From Craspedostauros australis (Eukaryota), in contig JALAGF010002881.1 of NCBI GenBank assembly GCA_030167865.1, positions 1 to 39,334 on the forward strand: a stretch of DNA of 39,334 bases, in the 5' to 3' direction. Shown here piece by piece: positions 20,954-29,537 of this stretch. Position 1 is the stretch's first letter; every line of letters begins with the position of its first letter. The position numbers and the translations under genes were made by a program. The notes under the pieces are model-generated. The model worked only from the letters and a program-made list of their open reading frames with translations. It had not been told where the DNA came from and made no database searches.

Positions 20954-23900
20954 ATGACATCTAGCAAGGACGCAAGCAGCAATGGCAACAGCAACAGCAA
21001 GGAGAAGAAGTCCTCCCGCGTGGGCGTCGCCGATTACTTCGGCATCGTCGGCATCGGTCAGAAGCTGGTGTGGATGCACGCGGAGAAGGACGATGAAGAG
21101 CAGCAGAAACAAACCAGCAGCAACAACGAAGAGGCCTTGCCCGTGTCCGCAGCGGATGGCGGCGGAGAGAATGAAGAGGCATGGTGGGAACGTTTCCATC
21201 GCGAGATCGTGGAGGTCGCCATCGTCACGGTCCGTGATAAGCCGCCCCCAATCCTGGAGCATCCGCCTCCTCCTGCTGCTGGAGCGTTCAGCAGGACCAT
21301 GTCCGTCCTCAATTCAAATGCCAGCAATGCAGGAGATGCTGCCATCAACAAACAGGATGCGAATCTCACTCATGCTCAACAACAGCAGCAGCAGCAACGA
21401 CAGCAGCAGATCATCACTTTGCCTTCCTGTGCCAGCACCGATCAGAATTCGTCCGTGGCGTCATTGCCTTCTCTCAGCAATGCGCATTCCACTTCGCATC
21501 TGCATGTGAATGTCCACGAGCAACAGCAACATCAATACCCGCACATCCGCGGCGCTGCATCCGATGTGACATCATTGACCGGTGGCACCGAGTACGACAT
21601 TACCATCGCGAGCAGCACGTCGGAGCATCAGCACTTCTATCAGGCCACGCCGGCTGGCACGACCACCAACCCGCTTGCGATTGATGGATGGACGGTGCTG
21701 TCGCAAACGCCAAAGGCGGGGTGGCAGGACAAGGTCGGGCCCCAGCTGTGGACGCAGTCGCAGATCTTTGACGCGAACCTCGATCCGATCAACGGCCTGC
21801 TGGGGCATTTCAGAACGGCCGAGGCGGAACTGCAGAAACAGATCGAGCAGCAACAGCAGCAGCAGCATGGGCATCGGAATTCCCACAACCATCGGCGTGC
21901 GCGATCTGGCGATACCTCCAGCAGCACGACGACCAACACCACGCCTCTCAAGGATCTGCGCCGGCGCATGCAGTCGGGATGGCCGAGGATGCTGCGCGAG
22001 GCTACGTTGGGACGGCTGGCAGTGCCCCAACCCAAGTTCTACCTCGCCTACCGACGCCGTGCCGCGACCGAAACGGATCGACCCGCCATCTCCAACCTCC
22101 GCATCTACTACGTCAAGCTGCACAAGACACTCGTCATCGCATCGGACATTGCCTCGCCTCTCGCTGCCGATCTCATGCCGCCCACACCATCCACGGTAGC
22201 CCCGGCATCAGTCACGAGCAAGGCGGCGTCCGTCATTTCCAGCGGCGCATCGTCCTTGCTGGGAGCCGCAGCCCTGGTCGGACGCGTCGCCAAGGCCGGT
22301 AAGCAGGTGGTGCGCGAACGTGTGCGATCGCAGCAGCATCCCGTGCCACCGAAGAACAACGACGAAACGTCCGCGCACGAGCCCCCGCAGCAGAAGACCG
22401 TCCCGCTTCATCTCTACCTCGGTTCACCGCCCGAAGAATTCGAGGAGTGGTGCATTCCGCCCGGGTATCAGCAGGTCAAGGTGCCGCCGGCTCCGACGTC
22501 GGCACTCGATGTCACGATCCCATCCTCCTCATCTTCTCTCGTCGGCATTGGCAGTGGGTCGTACTCCTTCTCCAACCCCGCAAGTCCATCGTCGCCGACA
22601 AGCCAAAGATCGCGGTATTCTCGCAACAGCACGCGCACCTTCCTCTTCCCTCCCGGCGATGACGCCACCGTGCTATCGGGCGGTTCCGGCGTTGGCGTCG
22701 AAGCAGTGGCAGACACCTCGCGTCCGCTGCACGAGGCCAGCCACGATATCCTGCCGCCGCATCTCGTCCTTCCCTCGCACATCCCCGCACCGCACGATAT
22801 CCATCACCTCAGCGCTCTCGACGATGACTTCTACCTCTATATTCCCATCGTGGCGACGAAACGGCAGAGGTTGGGCGACGAGGAGCGCTTTCATGAAGAT
22901 CCGGGGCTCGTGGATATCTCCGTCAGCTTCGTCAATCAGCTTGGCGAGTCCATATTTCCGGACGATTCCTACAGCTATGGCAGCATCCCGGACGAAGAGG
23001 AGGAAGAACTGAGCCCTGGCATGTTCTCCTTCCGAGGCAAGACCCCTTGGTCCGTGGCCCAGAGGCGTGGGCAGAAGGAAAGGGCGCTGCGGCATTTTGC
23101 GGAAACGGTCAGCGCCTTGCCATCGAAGCCCTTCTCCAAATCACCGAAATCAGAGCCAGTGCAGGTGGGCACACCGTCCTTGCTCGTACGCCACAATCTT
23201 CCATTTGGATTTTGCGACGCGCCGTTGCTGTCGCGCGTGCTGGATCGATTCCCAGACAAGAACTACAAAGGCCTGCCGTTGCCGCAGGAGGAACTGCCCA
23301 TGTTCTGCTATCCGACAGGCTGCCGTTTGCATCGTGCGCGTTTCAGCGAGGCTCCACTGCCGCAGTACTACGGATTCGTGCTGAAGAACGAGCAGGGCGA
23401 TTCCATCTACGTCTCCTGCATCTCCTTCATGGAACCGTTGACCCAGAACAAGCTGGAGCAGCTGAAGCGCGTATCCATTCGGCGTCAAGGCGTGTCGTTG
23501 CCGCATCGACGGTACTGGGAACGCCAGCGCTTCCTCAACCCGCAGAATCCTCAGGGCGGCGATTCCAACTTCCTCATGACAGGATTCGAGGACATGGCGA
23601 CATTCGAAAACAAGACCATCTGTTTGATCAGCCAGTATCCATTCTGGACCGCGTTCCATGACTTCCTCTCGCATTTGCACATCATGTCCGGATCGACGTC
23701 CGAGCTGCCGCTGGAACGATGCATCTCCCATCTCCTGCTGACCGCGCCGGTGCCCAAACCAGGTGGTCCCGCCATCCTCGTCCCGCTGCCGACCTTGAAC
23801 ATCCCCATGGTCATCGCGCAGCCAGCACTCAAGGATCTTCCGCTCGTGGATCTGCCATTCGAGAAGCTGGTGTCATGCTTGGGCATTCCCACCATCGTGA

Positions 23901-26900
23901 CCATCGTCTTGGGTTTCTTGGCGTTGGAGCGCAAGGTGATTGTCATCTCCACCAACCAGTCCTTGGTGCTGGAGGTGTGCGAGCTGCTGCGGGCATTGCT
24001 CTTCCCCTTCGAACTGTACGCTCCGTACGTGCCTCGACTCACCGAGACCTTCCGAGGTTGCATCGATTTCATGGGTCCCATCTTCGTTGGCATCCACGAC
24101 GACGGCACTACGGATGGCCTGGCAGCATACGCTCGCACCAACATGCCTGAAGATTCGATGATCGTGGACTTGGATCATGGCGTCGTGGATTGTCACAGCG
24201 ACAGCGACGCCGTCGGGAAGAATTCATGGGGTATCATCCCCGCCGTACCAAGGACGTCGCTGGTGTCGGAACTGGATACGCTGTGCCGTGACGCTGGCAT
24301 CATTCCAGGCAAGGGCCGCAAATCTTTGGATGCGATGGTGGATGGCACCTCTGATGTCATGGCACCAGATCCCTACGAAGGAAACCCCGATCGTCAATTC
24401 CACCATGAACCGCTTGATGATCGTGCAGTGCGTGACAGCTTCCTGCGATTCTTCTGCTCCATCCTCGGCGCGTACGAACGCTTCCTGGTGGTGCCCGACG
24501 TGGACTTTGCGACCAGCGGTAACGACTGGTTCGACGAGAAAGGATTCCTCGCATCGGTGACCGATGACAAGGCAGCCTTCCTGGGCCAATTCTGCTCCAC
24601 GCAGATGTTCCAATCCTTCATCCAACGGCGAACGGAGGCCAGCGACATCCGGTGCCTCTTCTTCGATGAATGTCTTGCCGAGTTCCACTCGACCACTGTG
24701 GCGTACGGGCGGCTCGGCGGTGACGTGGAACAGATACCAGCACCGGACAGCGACAGGGTGGAGATGTTGTACAGCCTCCTCGTCGACCAATCCAATGCGG
24801 GGTCAAGACAGCCGGCCCAGACGGTCGAGAACAAGAGCTTCGAGGTGGACTCCAAAGCAGGCAGCGACACGGACAGTAGCGTGCCGGCCAGCACGGCAGA
24901 ATCCTCTGCCAAAGCATCCGACATCGTCGTCAACCAGACCGGAGACTGGGTGACCGTCCCATCAGCGCAAGGCATCCAGAAAGGATCTCGTTTCATGTAC
25001 TGTCAGGATGGCAATCCATGCTTCCCCGACCGATTGAATACGAGCCTCTTCTTGCCGTCGGAACCGGGATCATGGCTTGTGGAGAAGAACCGCGTGTCCA
25101 ACCCTCAGCTAACCCGGACGGAGAAGGAGGTGGAGGAATGCGAGCGCCGTCGCAAGCAGGCGACCAGCTACAGAGGCTTGCAAACGCAACGTCGTTGTCT
25201 GTGGCAGTTGCCCAAGCTGATGGGATCGCACGTCCTGGGAACATGGCTGCTTTGCGTGCCAACCCAGATTGGGCAGGACGATTTGTCAAGCGATCAGCAA
25301 TCCACCTTCCTGTTGCGAGCGCTTGGTGCACTGCGTCAGCTCGGGAGCAAGCATCGCATTATCCCCGACGAGGCTGCGTACCGAGCCTTGATGGTTGCAT
25401 GCGGACGGACCCGGAACGATCGAAGGTTGGAGATTGTTCGCTTGTTCGAGTTTCTGCAATCGGATGGCATCCTTCCATCCGCCGTCACTCTTGGACAGTA
25501 CACGAAAGCATTGGCCGAAGGCCATTCGAAGGCCACGACCGGCACAAGCGAGGAAGTGCACGGCGTCGAGGTGACAGAATCAGCAAGTCGAGATTTGCGC
25601 ATCGGCAAGGGCAATTACGACGCGGAAGCTGTCCTTACCTGGATGGACACGAATCTTGCAGCGCTGGAAGACTCTGGCCGCCGATGGCGTCGAAGGAATG
25701 CATCGGACAGAGATGGCGGTGGTAACCAGCGCACCTTCGGAGGGACAAAGACCCAAGGAGGGCCCTCAACGTTAACATCGGGGACAGCGGGATCATCAGC
25801 CGTGCCCTTGTCCACGCAGCAGGTTGACAGCCGCATGAACACGAACAGCACGCTAAGCAGCAGCGGTGGTAGTGGCGTTCAGCTTCATACATCTGGCAGT
25901 TATGATCGGCACGCGAAGAAGCGCAGTTCCAACAGGAGCTGGTTGCCAGTGGTGTATTCGTCGTCCATCGTACCATCGCTGGAGAATGCACGAGGCGTCT
26001 CATTCTCGAATGACACCGTCGGGTTGGTTGCCATCTGGTCACGATGCAAGGTGTGCAACGCATGCGGGTACATTCCGTTGGAGGAAGAGGTGCAGGCTGG
26101 TTGGGACGTGCACGGAGGAGAACACAGCGAGATCCCCGGTGCCATTCACTGTCCACGATGTGGCCAGCTTTTTGTTCCGATGTTGGGTTACAAGACATTG
26201 ACGTTGGATGAAGCGATGAGCGCAGATGCCAACAATGATGCATCTGCCCACAGCAGCAGCGGCGGCAACGGCACAGATGGCAGCAGGAATGGAGGCATCG
26301 CCGACTTTGGAGAATTGCCACCCCAGATCGGTCCCACCGTGGAGGAATCGGACGCATCGTACGTGACGTATGTGAGCCCACCGTACATGCGTCGATCGTT
26401 GGAACGGTACATCGCCGAGCATGGTGAGGACGTGCTGGATCGCGACCACATGCAGAAGCTGGACCCCGAGCTGTTCTACAACTTTTGGTGGTACTGCGCG
26501 CGCTTTTCGTTGCCGTTGCCCTTCCCTGTGGCACAGCGCAACGCACCGAAGCATCTGATGGCATTTGCCGCATGGGATCGGGAGGTTGCGGTCGGTGGAT
26601 GCACAAGCTGCGCCAAAGCTTTGGAACCTTTCCTGGTGCGACCCTCAAAGCAACAATTGGATGACGACGACAATGGCGATATTGCTACCCGACAGGCGAT
26701 GGATGCCATGGACAGCTTTGAATCCTTCGATGGAAACCCGCTGCTATCGCGATTCGATCTGAAGGACTTCTACCCGAACGTGTGGGACCATCCCGACATG
26801 TCGCAGATCCTGGTGCTGCTCGTGGAGGCCTGCGAAACACGCGACTTCAAGGCCGTCGTGGAATGCGTGATGCGCTGCAACGCCCGTCGACAGCAGCAGT

Positions 26901-27274
26901 ACGGCACTGCCGCAGCAACGAACGGCAGCGATGTCGGCATCGGCACGACGCAGTATGGCATGCTGATGAACGCATCCTTCGAGCAGCAGCAGCAGGCTAC
27001 CGCCAACACGCAGCACGAACTGGACTGCTACCGCACCGTGCTGTACCTGGCCAAGTACCAGTGCGCCTCGGCCTTCCATGCCTTCTTCCCGACGACATTG
27101 AAGGCCTGCAAGGGGTACCATTTCTGGTGTCCCAACGCGCTGCTGCCCATCTTCGATCGGTTGATCCGCGAGGCGGTGAAGCGGCTGCGTGCCAAGGATA
27201 ACACCTACACGCCGCTGCAGGACGTGTCGGAAGTTGCTCTGGGATTCCGGTGCGTATTTGGACATTTGATTTGA
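20954..27274 (+). CDS. DENND4: DENND4/Crag-like DENN-domain Rab GEF (MABP-like remnants, uDENN-cDENN-dDENN, PPR, Cys cluster and conserved C-terminus)
   Basis: Uninterrupted 2106-aa ORF. uDENN: VLDRFPDKNY...LPMFCYPTG. cDENN: LPLVDLPF...LERKVIVIS...LLFPF...YVPRL. dDENN: VRDSFLRFFCSILGAY...FCSTQMFQSFIQRR. PPR: PDEAAYRALMVACG...GILPSAVTLGQYTKAL. Also C..C....EEEVQAGW...CPRC...FVPML and YVSP...LFYNFWWY...LP, as in animal DENND4. Confidence 0.88.
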   Translation: MTSSKDASSNGNSNSKEKKSSRVGVADYFGIVGIGQKLVWMHAEKDDEEQQKQTSSNNEEALPVSAADGGGENEEAWWERFHREIVEVAIVTVRDKPPPILEHPPPPAAGAFSRTMSVLNSNASNAGDAAINKQDANLTHAQQQQQQQRQQQIITLPSCASTDQNSSVASLPSLSNAHSTSHLHVNVHEQQQHQYPHIRGAASDVTSLTGGTEYDITIASSTSEHQHFYQATPAGTTTNPLAIDGWTVLSQTPKAGWQDKVGPQLWTQSQIFDANLDPINGLLGHFRTAEAELQKQIEQQQQQQHGHRNSHNHRRARSGDTSSSTTTNTTPLKDLRRRMQSGWPRMLREATLGRLAVPQPKFYLAYRRRAATETDRPAISNLRIYYVKLHKTLVIASDIASPLAADLMPPTPSTVAPASVTSKAASVISSGASSLLGAAALVGRVAKAGKQVVRERVRSQQHPVPPKNNDETSAHEPPQQKTVPLHLYLGSPPEEFEEWCIPPGYQQVKVPPAPTSALDVTIPSSSSSLVGIGSGSYSFSNPASPSSPTSQRSRYSRNSTRTFLFPPGDDATVLSGGSGVGVEAVADTSRPLHEASHDILPPHLVLPSHIPAPHDIHHLSALDDDFYLYIPIVATKRQRLGDEERFHEDPGLVDISVSFVNQLGESIFPDDSYSYGSIPDEEEEELSPGMFSFRGKTPWSVAQRRGQKERALRHFAETVSALPSKPFSKSPKSEPVQVGTPSLLVRHNLPFGFCDAPLLSRVLDRFPDKNYKGLPLPQEELPMFCYPTGCRLHRARFSEAPLPQYYGFVLKNEQGDSIYVSCISFMEPLTQNKLEQLKRVSIRRQGVSLPHRRYWERQRFLNPQNPQGGDSNFLMTGFEDMATFENKTICLISQYPFWTAFHDFLSHLHIMSGSTSELPLERCISHLLLTAPVPKPGGPAILVPLPTLNIPMVIAQPALKDLPLVDLPFEKLVSCLGIPTIVTIVLGFLALERKVIVISTNQSLVLEVCELLRALLFPFELYAPYVPRLTETFRGCIDFMGPIFVGIHDDGTTDGLAAYARTNMPEDSMIVDLDHGVVDCHSDSDAVGKNSWGIIPAVPRTSLVSELDTLCRDAGIIPGKGRKSLDAMVDGTSDVMAPDPYEGNPDRQFHHEPLDDRAVRDSFLRFFCSILGAYERFLVVPDVDFATSGNDWFDEKGFLASVTDDKAAFLGQFCSTQMFQSFIQRRTEASDIRCLFFDECLAEFHSTTVAYGRLGGDVEQIPAPDSDRVEMLYSLLVDQSNAGSRQPAQTVENKSFEVDSKAGSDTDSSVPASTAESSAKASDIVVNQTGDWVTVPSAQGIQKGSRFMYCQDGNPCFPDRLNTSLFLPSEPGSWLVEKNRVSNPQLTRTEKEVEECERRRKQATSYRGLQTQRRCLWQLPKLMGSHVLGTWLLCVPTQIGQDDLSSDQQSTFLLRALGALRQLGSKHRIIPDEAAYRALMVACGRTRNDRRLEIVRLFEFLQSDGILPSAVTLGQYTKALAEGHSKATTGTSEEVHGVEVTESASRDLRIGKGNYDAEAVLTWMDTNLAALEDSGRRWRRRNASDRDGGGNQRTFGGTKTQGGPSTLTSGTAGSSAVPLSTQQVDSRMNTNSTLSSSGGSGVQLHTSGSYDRHAKKRSSNRSWLPVVYSSSIVPSLENARGVSFSNDTVGLVAIWSRCKVCNACGYIPLEEEVQAGWDVHGGEHSEIPGAIHCPRCGQLFVPMLGYKTLTLDEAMSADANNDASAHSSSGGNGTDGSRNGGIADFGELPPQIGPTVEESDASYVTYVSPPYMRRSLERYIAEHGEDVLDRDHMQKLDPELFYNFWWYCARFSLPLPFPVAQRNAPKHLMAFAAWDREVAVGGCTSCAKALEPFLVRPSKQQLDDDDNGDIATRQAMDAMDSFESFDGNPLLSRFDLKDFYPNVWDHPDMSQILVLLVEACETRDFKAVVECVMRCNARRQQQYGTAAATNGSDVGIGTTQYGMLMNASFEQQQQATANTQHELDCYRTVLYLAKYQCASAFHAFFPTTLKACKGYHFWCPNALLPIFDRLIREAVKRLRAKDNTYTPLQDVSEVALGFRCVFGHLI

Positions 27275-27605
27275 ATTGTGTGGCGCGAAGATATGATAGA
27301 GCCTTGAGAAACAGAGGAGAGTGTGGCACTCTTAGGTATTATATTATGCAACATAATGGCATCTTGTAGAGTGAATGGATTGTTTAAAGTATCATATGTA
27401 ATATTATTTTTGTGTGGGAGGCAGGTTTGTGAAGAGCTGACTGGCGATCTTTGGTTTCGTCATCGTTGAGTTGGTAGTCGATTGCGGTTTGGAATTGTGC
27501 ATATGCTTGCGGCATGATCGTATCGTGCATTTGGCAGAAATCATGAGACACTGGAGTTGGTTAGTGCTACATCATGTTGTGTGGCATCATGCACACAACC
27601 GCTGT

Positions 27606-28232
27606 CTAGTTGCCAGCAGTGTTCAAAACGGCCGCTGGCGCTGCCGCATCGGCCGCCTGTTGCGCCTTGGAACCGAGCGCAGTCTTGGTGGTGGTATTGG
27701 TCGTCGTCGTCTTAGTAGTGGTCGTCGTAGCGGATCCATCAGTTGATGGCGCCGGTGCTGCTTCTTCTTGGCCGAGAATACGCTTGAGATGAAGGGCCGA
27801 AATGAGGCCATCCAGGATCTTCTGCACGGGCGGCACCACGGTATCCGTCGTCTTGAGGACGATGCCGACAACGGCATTGACGGCAGGCGCCGTGAGGGAA
27901 TCGAGCGGCTGCACGACCTTGGGTTCGATGATGGTTTGATCGATGTTCTGCAGGTTGGTGCCAACGACGCCCAACGCTGCTTGCGCCACACCCTCCGCAA
28001 TTCCGAAGGCGCCTCCGACGACCGCCAGGTTCTTTCCCCATGCCCATGCGCCCTTGGCTCCGTTGTACAGATTGTGGAGGTGCTTGCCGTCATCGTCGGA
28101 CGGTGGCTGCTGCTGCTGTTGCTGCGGCGTGACAGATGGTTCCGCGGTCATTGTGGTGGTCGCTGGTGGGGTGCTGGCCTTTGCGGCTGCCTTGGCGGCG
28201 ACGGCTGCGGTCTTGGTGGTCTTCTTTGCCAT
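27606..28232 (-). CDS. Hypothetical protein (208 aa), Ala/Thr-rich termini with an amphipathic helical core
   Basis: Clean ORF with CAAC-ATG start. Core LHNLYNGAKGAWAWGKNLAVVGGAFGIAEGVAQAALGVVGTNLQNIDQTII...PLDSLTAPAVNAVVGIV. Confidence 0.75.
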   Translation of the reverse strand: MAKKTTKTAAVAAKAAAKASTPPATTTMTAEPSVTPQQQQQQPPSDDDGKHLHNLYNGAKGAWAWGKNLAVVGGAFGIAEGVAQAALGVVGTNLQNIDQTIIEPKVVQPLDSLTAPAVNAVVGIVLKTTDTVVPPVQKILDGLISALHLKRILGQEEAAPAPSTDGSATTTTTKTTTTNTTTKTALGSKAQQAADAAAPAAVLNTAGN

Positions 28233-28905
28233 GTTGCTTCGTTGTTGGTTTCACTTCTTTGCTTGTGCTGAGGTTTGTTCTCTGTGATTGTGTATGTCTG
28301 TGTTGTGAGAGTCCGTTCGTTGCGCGTATTGCCAGGTGATGCGAGATGAATGCAACGCAACGTCCATCAAGGTGGTTGAGAAAGCAAATCGACACAAGAG
28401 AGAGCGTGGGCGTGAGTGCGAAAGATGGTGGATTGAACAGATGTTTTGATGGGCGTGAGTTGCGGGTTCGGATTATGGTGGCGTGCCTACCCACACGAAT
28501 ACGGAGCTCGTGCACAATTGTTCTCAAACAGATGTGGGAATGCGGACGCCTTCGGAATACCTCTCTTCAGCGCACATCCGACTAACACACCATTCCATTG
28601 TGATAATGACACATCGCAGAAGCAAGGAGGCACGCATGCATCCGTTCATCGACATCCTTTCCGCCATGGTCACAATCGTATCCGCGGCTGCGTTGCCACT
28701 TGCATCCAAACACCCACCTTGCAACTTTGTGTTGCTTTTGAGAATGCCACAACCTCCGACCCGTTCTCCCAACATGCTTCTCACTCTTCGACGATCTCTG
28801 TGACGCAGGGGCGAATTCGCAATGCGGATTCGTTTTGGTTGGAGCAAATGTGCGACATCACGATGTGACGCGTCGACTCGTTTCTGCGAAAAACGAAGCG
28901 TGTGA

Positions 28906-28942
28906 TTCGAATGAGTCCAAAACTAACTTCGAATGAGTCCAA
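28906..28942. promoter_or_regulatory. Perfect 15-bp direct repeat TTCGAATGAGTCCAA (28906-28920, 28928-28942) in a divergent intergenic region
   Basis: The repeat is directly visible. A regulatory role is inferred only from its position ~170-200 bp upstream of ATG 29111. Confidence 0.35.
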
Positions 28943-29110
28943 TGGATCATATATGCGGAGAAATGCCAATTTCTCCGAATGGCCTCGCGCGCCAAAACAG
29001 AATCAATTGTCTCCGAAACAAGGATGAGACATTCATCACCAAACGCTCACAACAAACAGTTAGTTGACCTCAATCAACACCACCGCTTTCAGCACCGACT
29101 CCAATCCATC

Positions 29111-29272
29111 ATGTGCCATCGAACACAGTGCTCCAGATGCGGCAAGGCCACCTGGGTTGGGTGCGGCATGCACATTGAGCAGGCGCTCAAAGGTGTCAAG
29201 GAGGAGGATCGCTGTCCCAATTACAAGCACTACTTCTCTTTGACATCATGCACGAGCAAGTTGGAGAAATAA
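29111..29272 (+). CDS. 53-aa Cys/His-rich microprotein (MCHRTQCSRCGKATWVGCGMHIEQAL...DRC), putative metal-binding
   Basis: Internal ATG (CCATC-ATG) of ORF 28979-29272 after an A/C-rich leader. Motif C-x4-C-x2-CGK-x-TW-x-GCG-x-H...RC matches a small uncharacterised family I recall from fungi and actinobacteria. Confidence 0.75.
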   Translation: MCHRTQCSRCGKATWVGCGMHIEQALKGVKEEDRCPNYKHYFSLTSCTSKLEK

Positions 29273-29537
29273 CCGAAGGCGAACCATCATCCGTACCTGG
29301 GGTTCGTCCAAGTGGACAATGAGAGCGCGCTCGAGAAGTCACCAAGCAGAGTGATCATCTCATCTATCCACAGCACAGCCAGGTCATCTCACTCTCTCTT
29401 TATCACATCTTTCAGTTCAGCGTTAACAACCTACTATACTTTAGTGCAGTATATTACTATCATCTTGCAGTACCATACATTACTTTTACTACAACAGTAT
29501 CAGTCTCAGTAGGATAGTAATTAGACTCTCTAGAACT

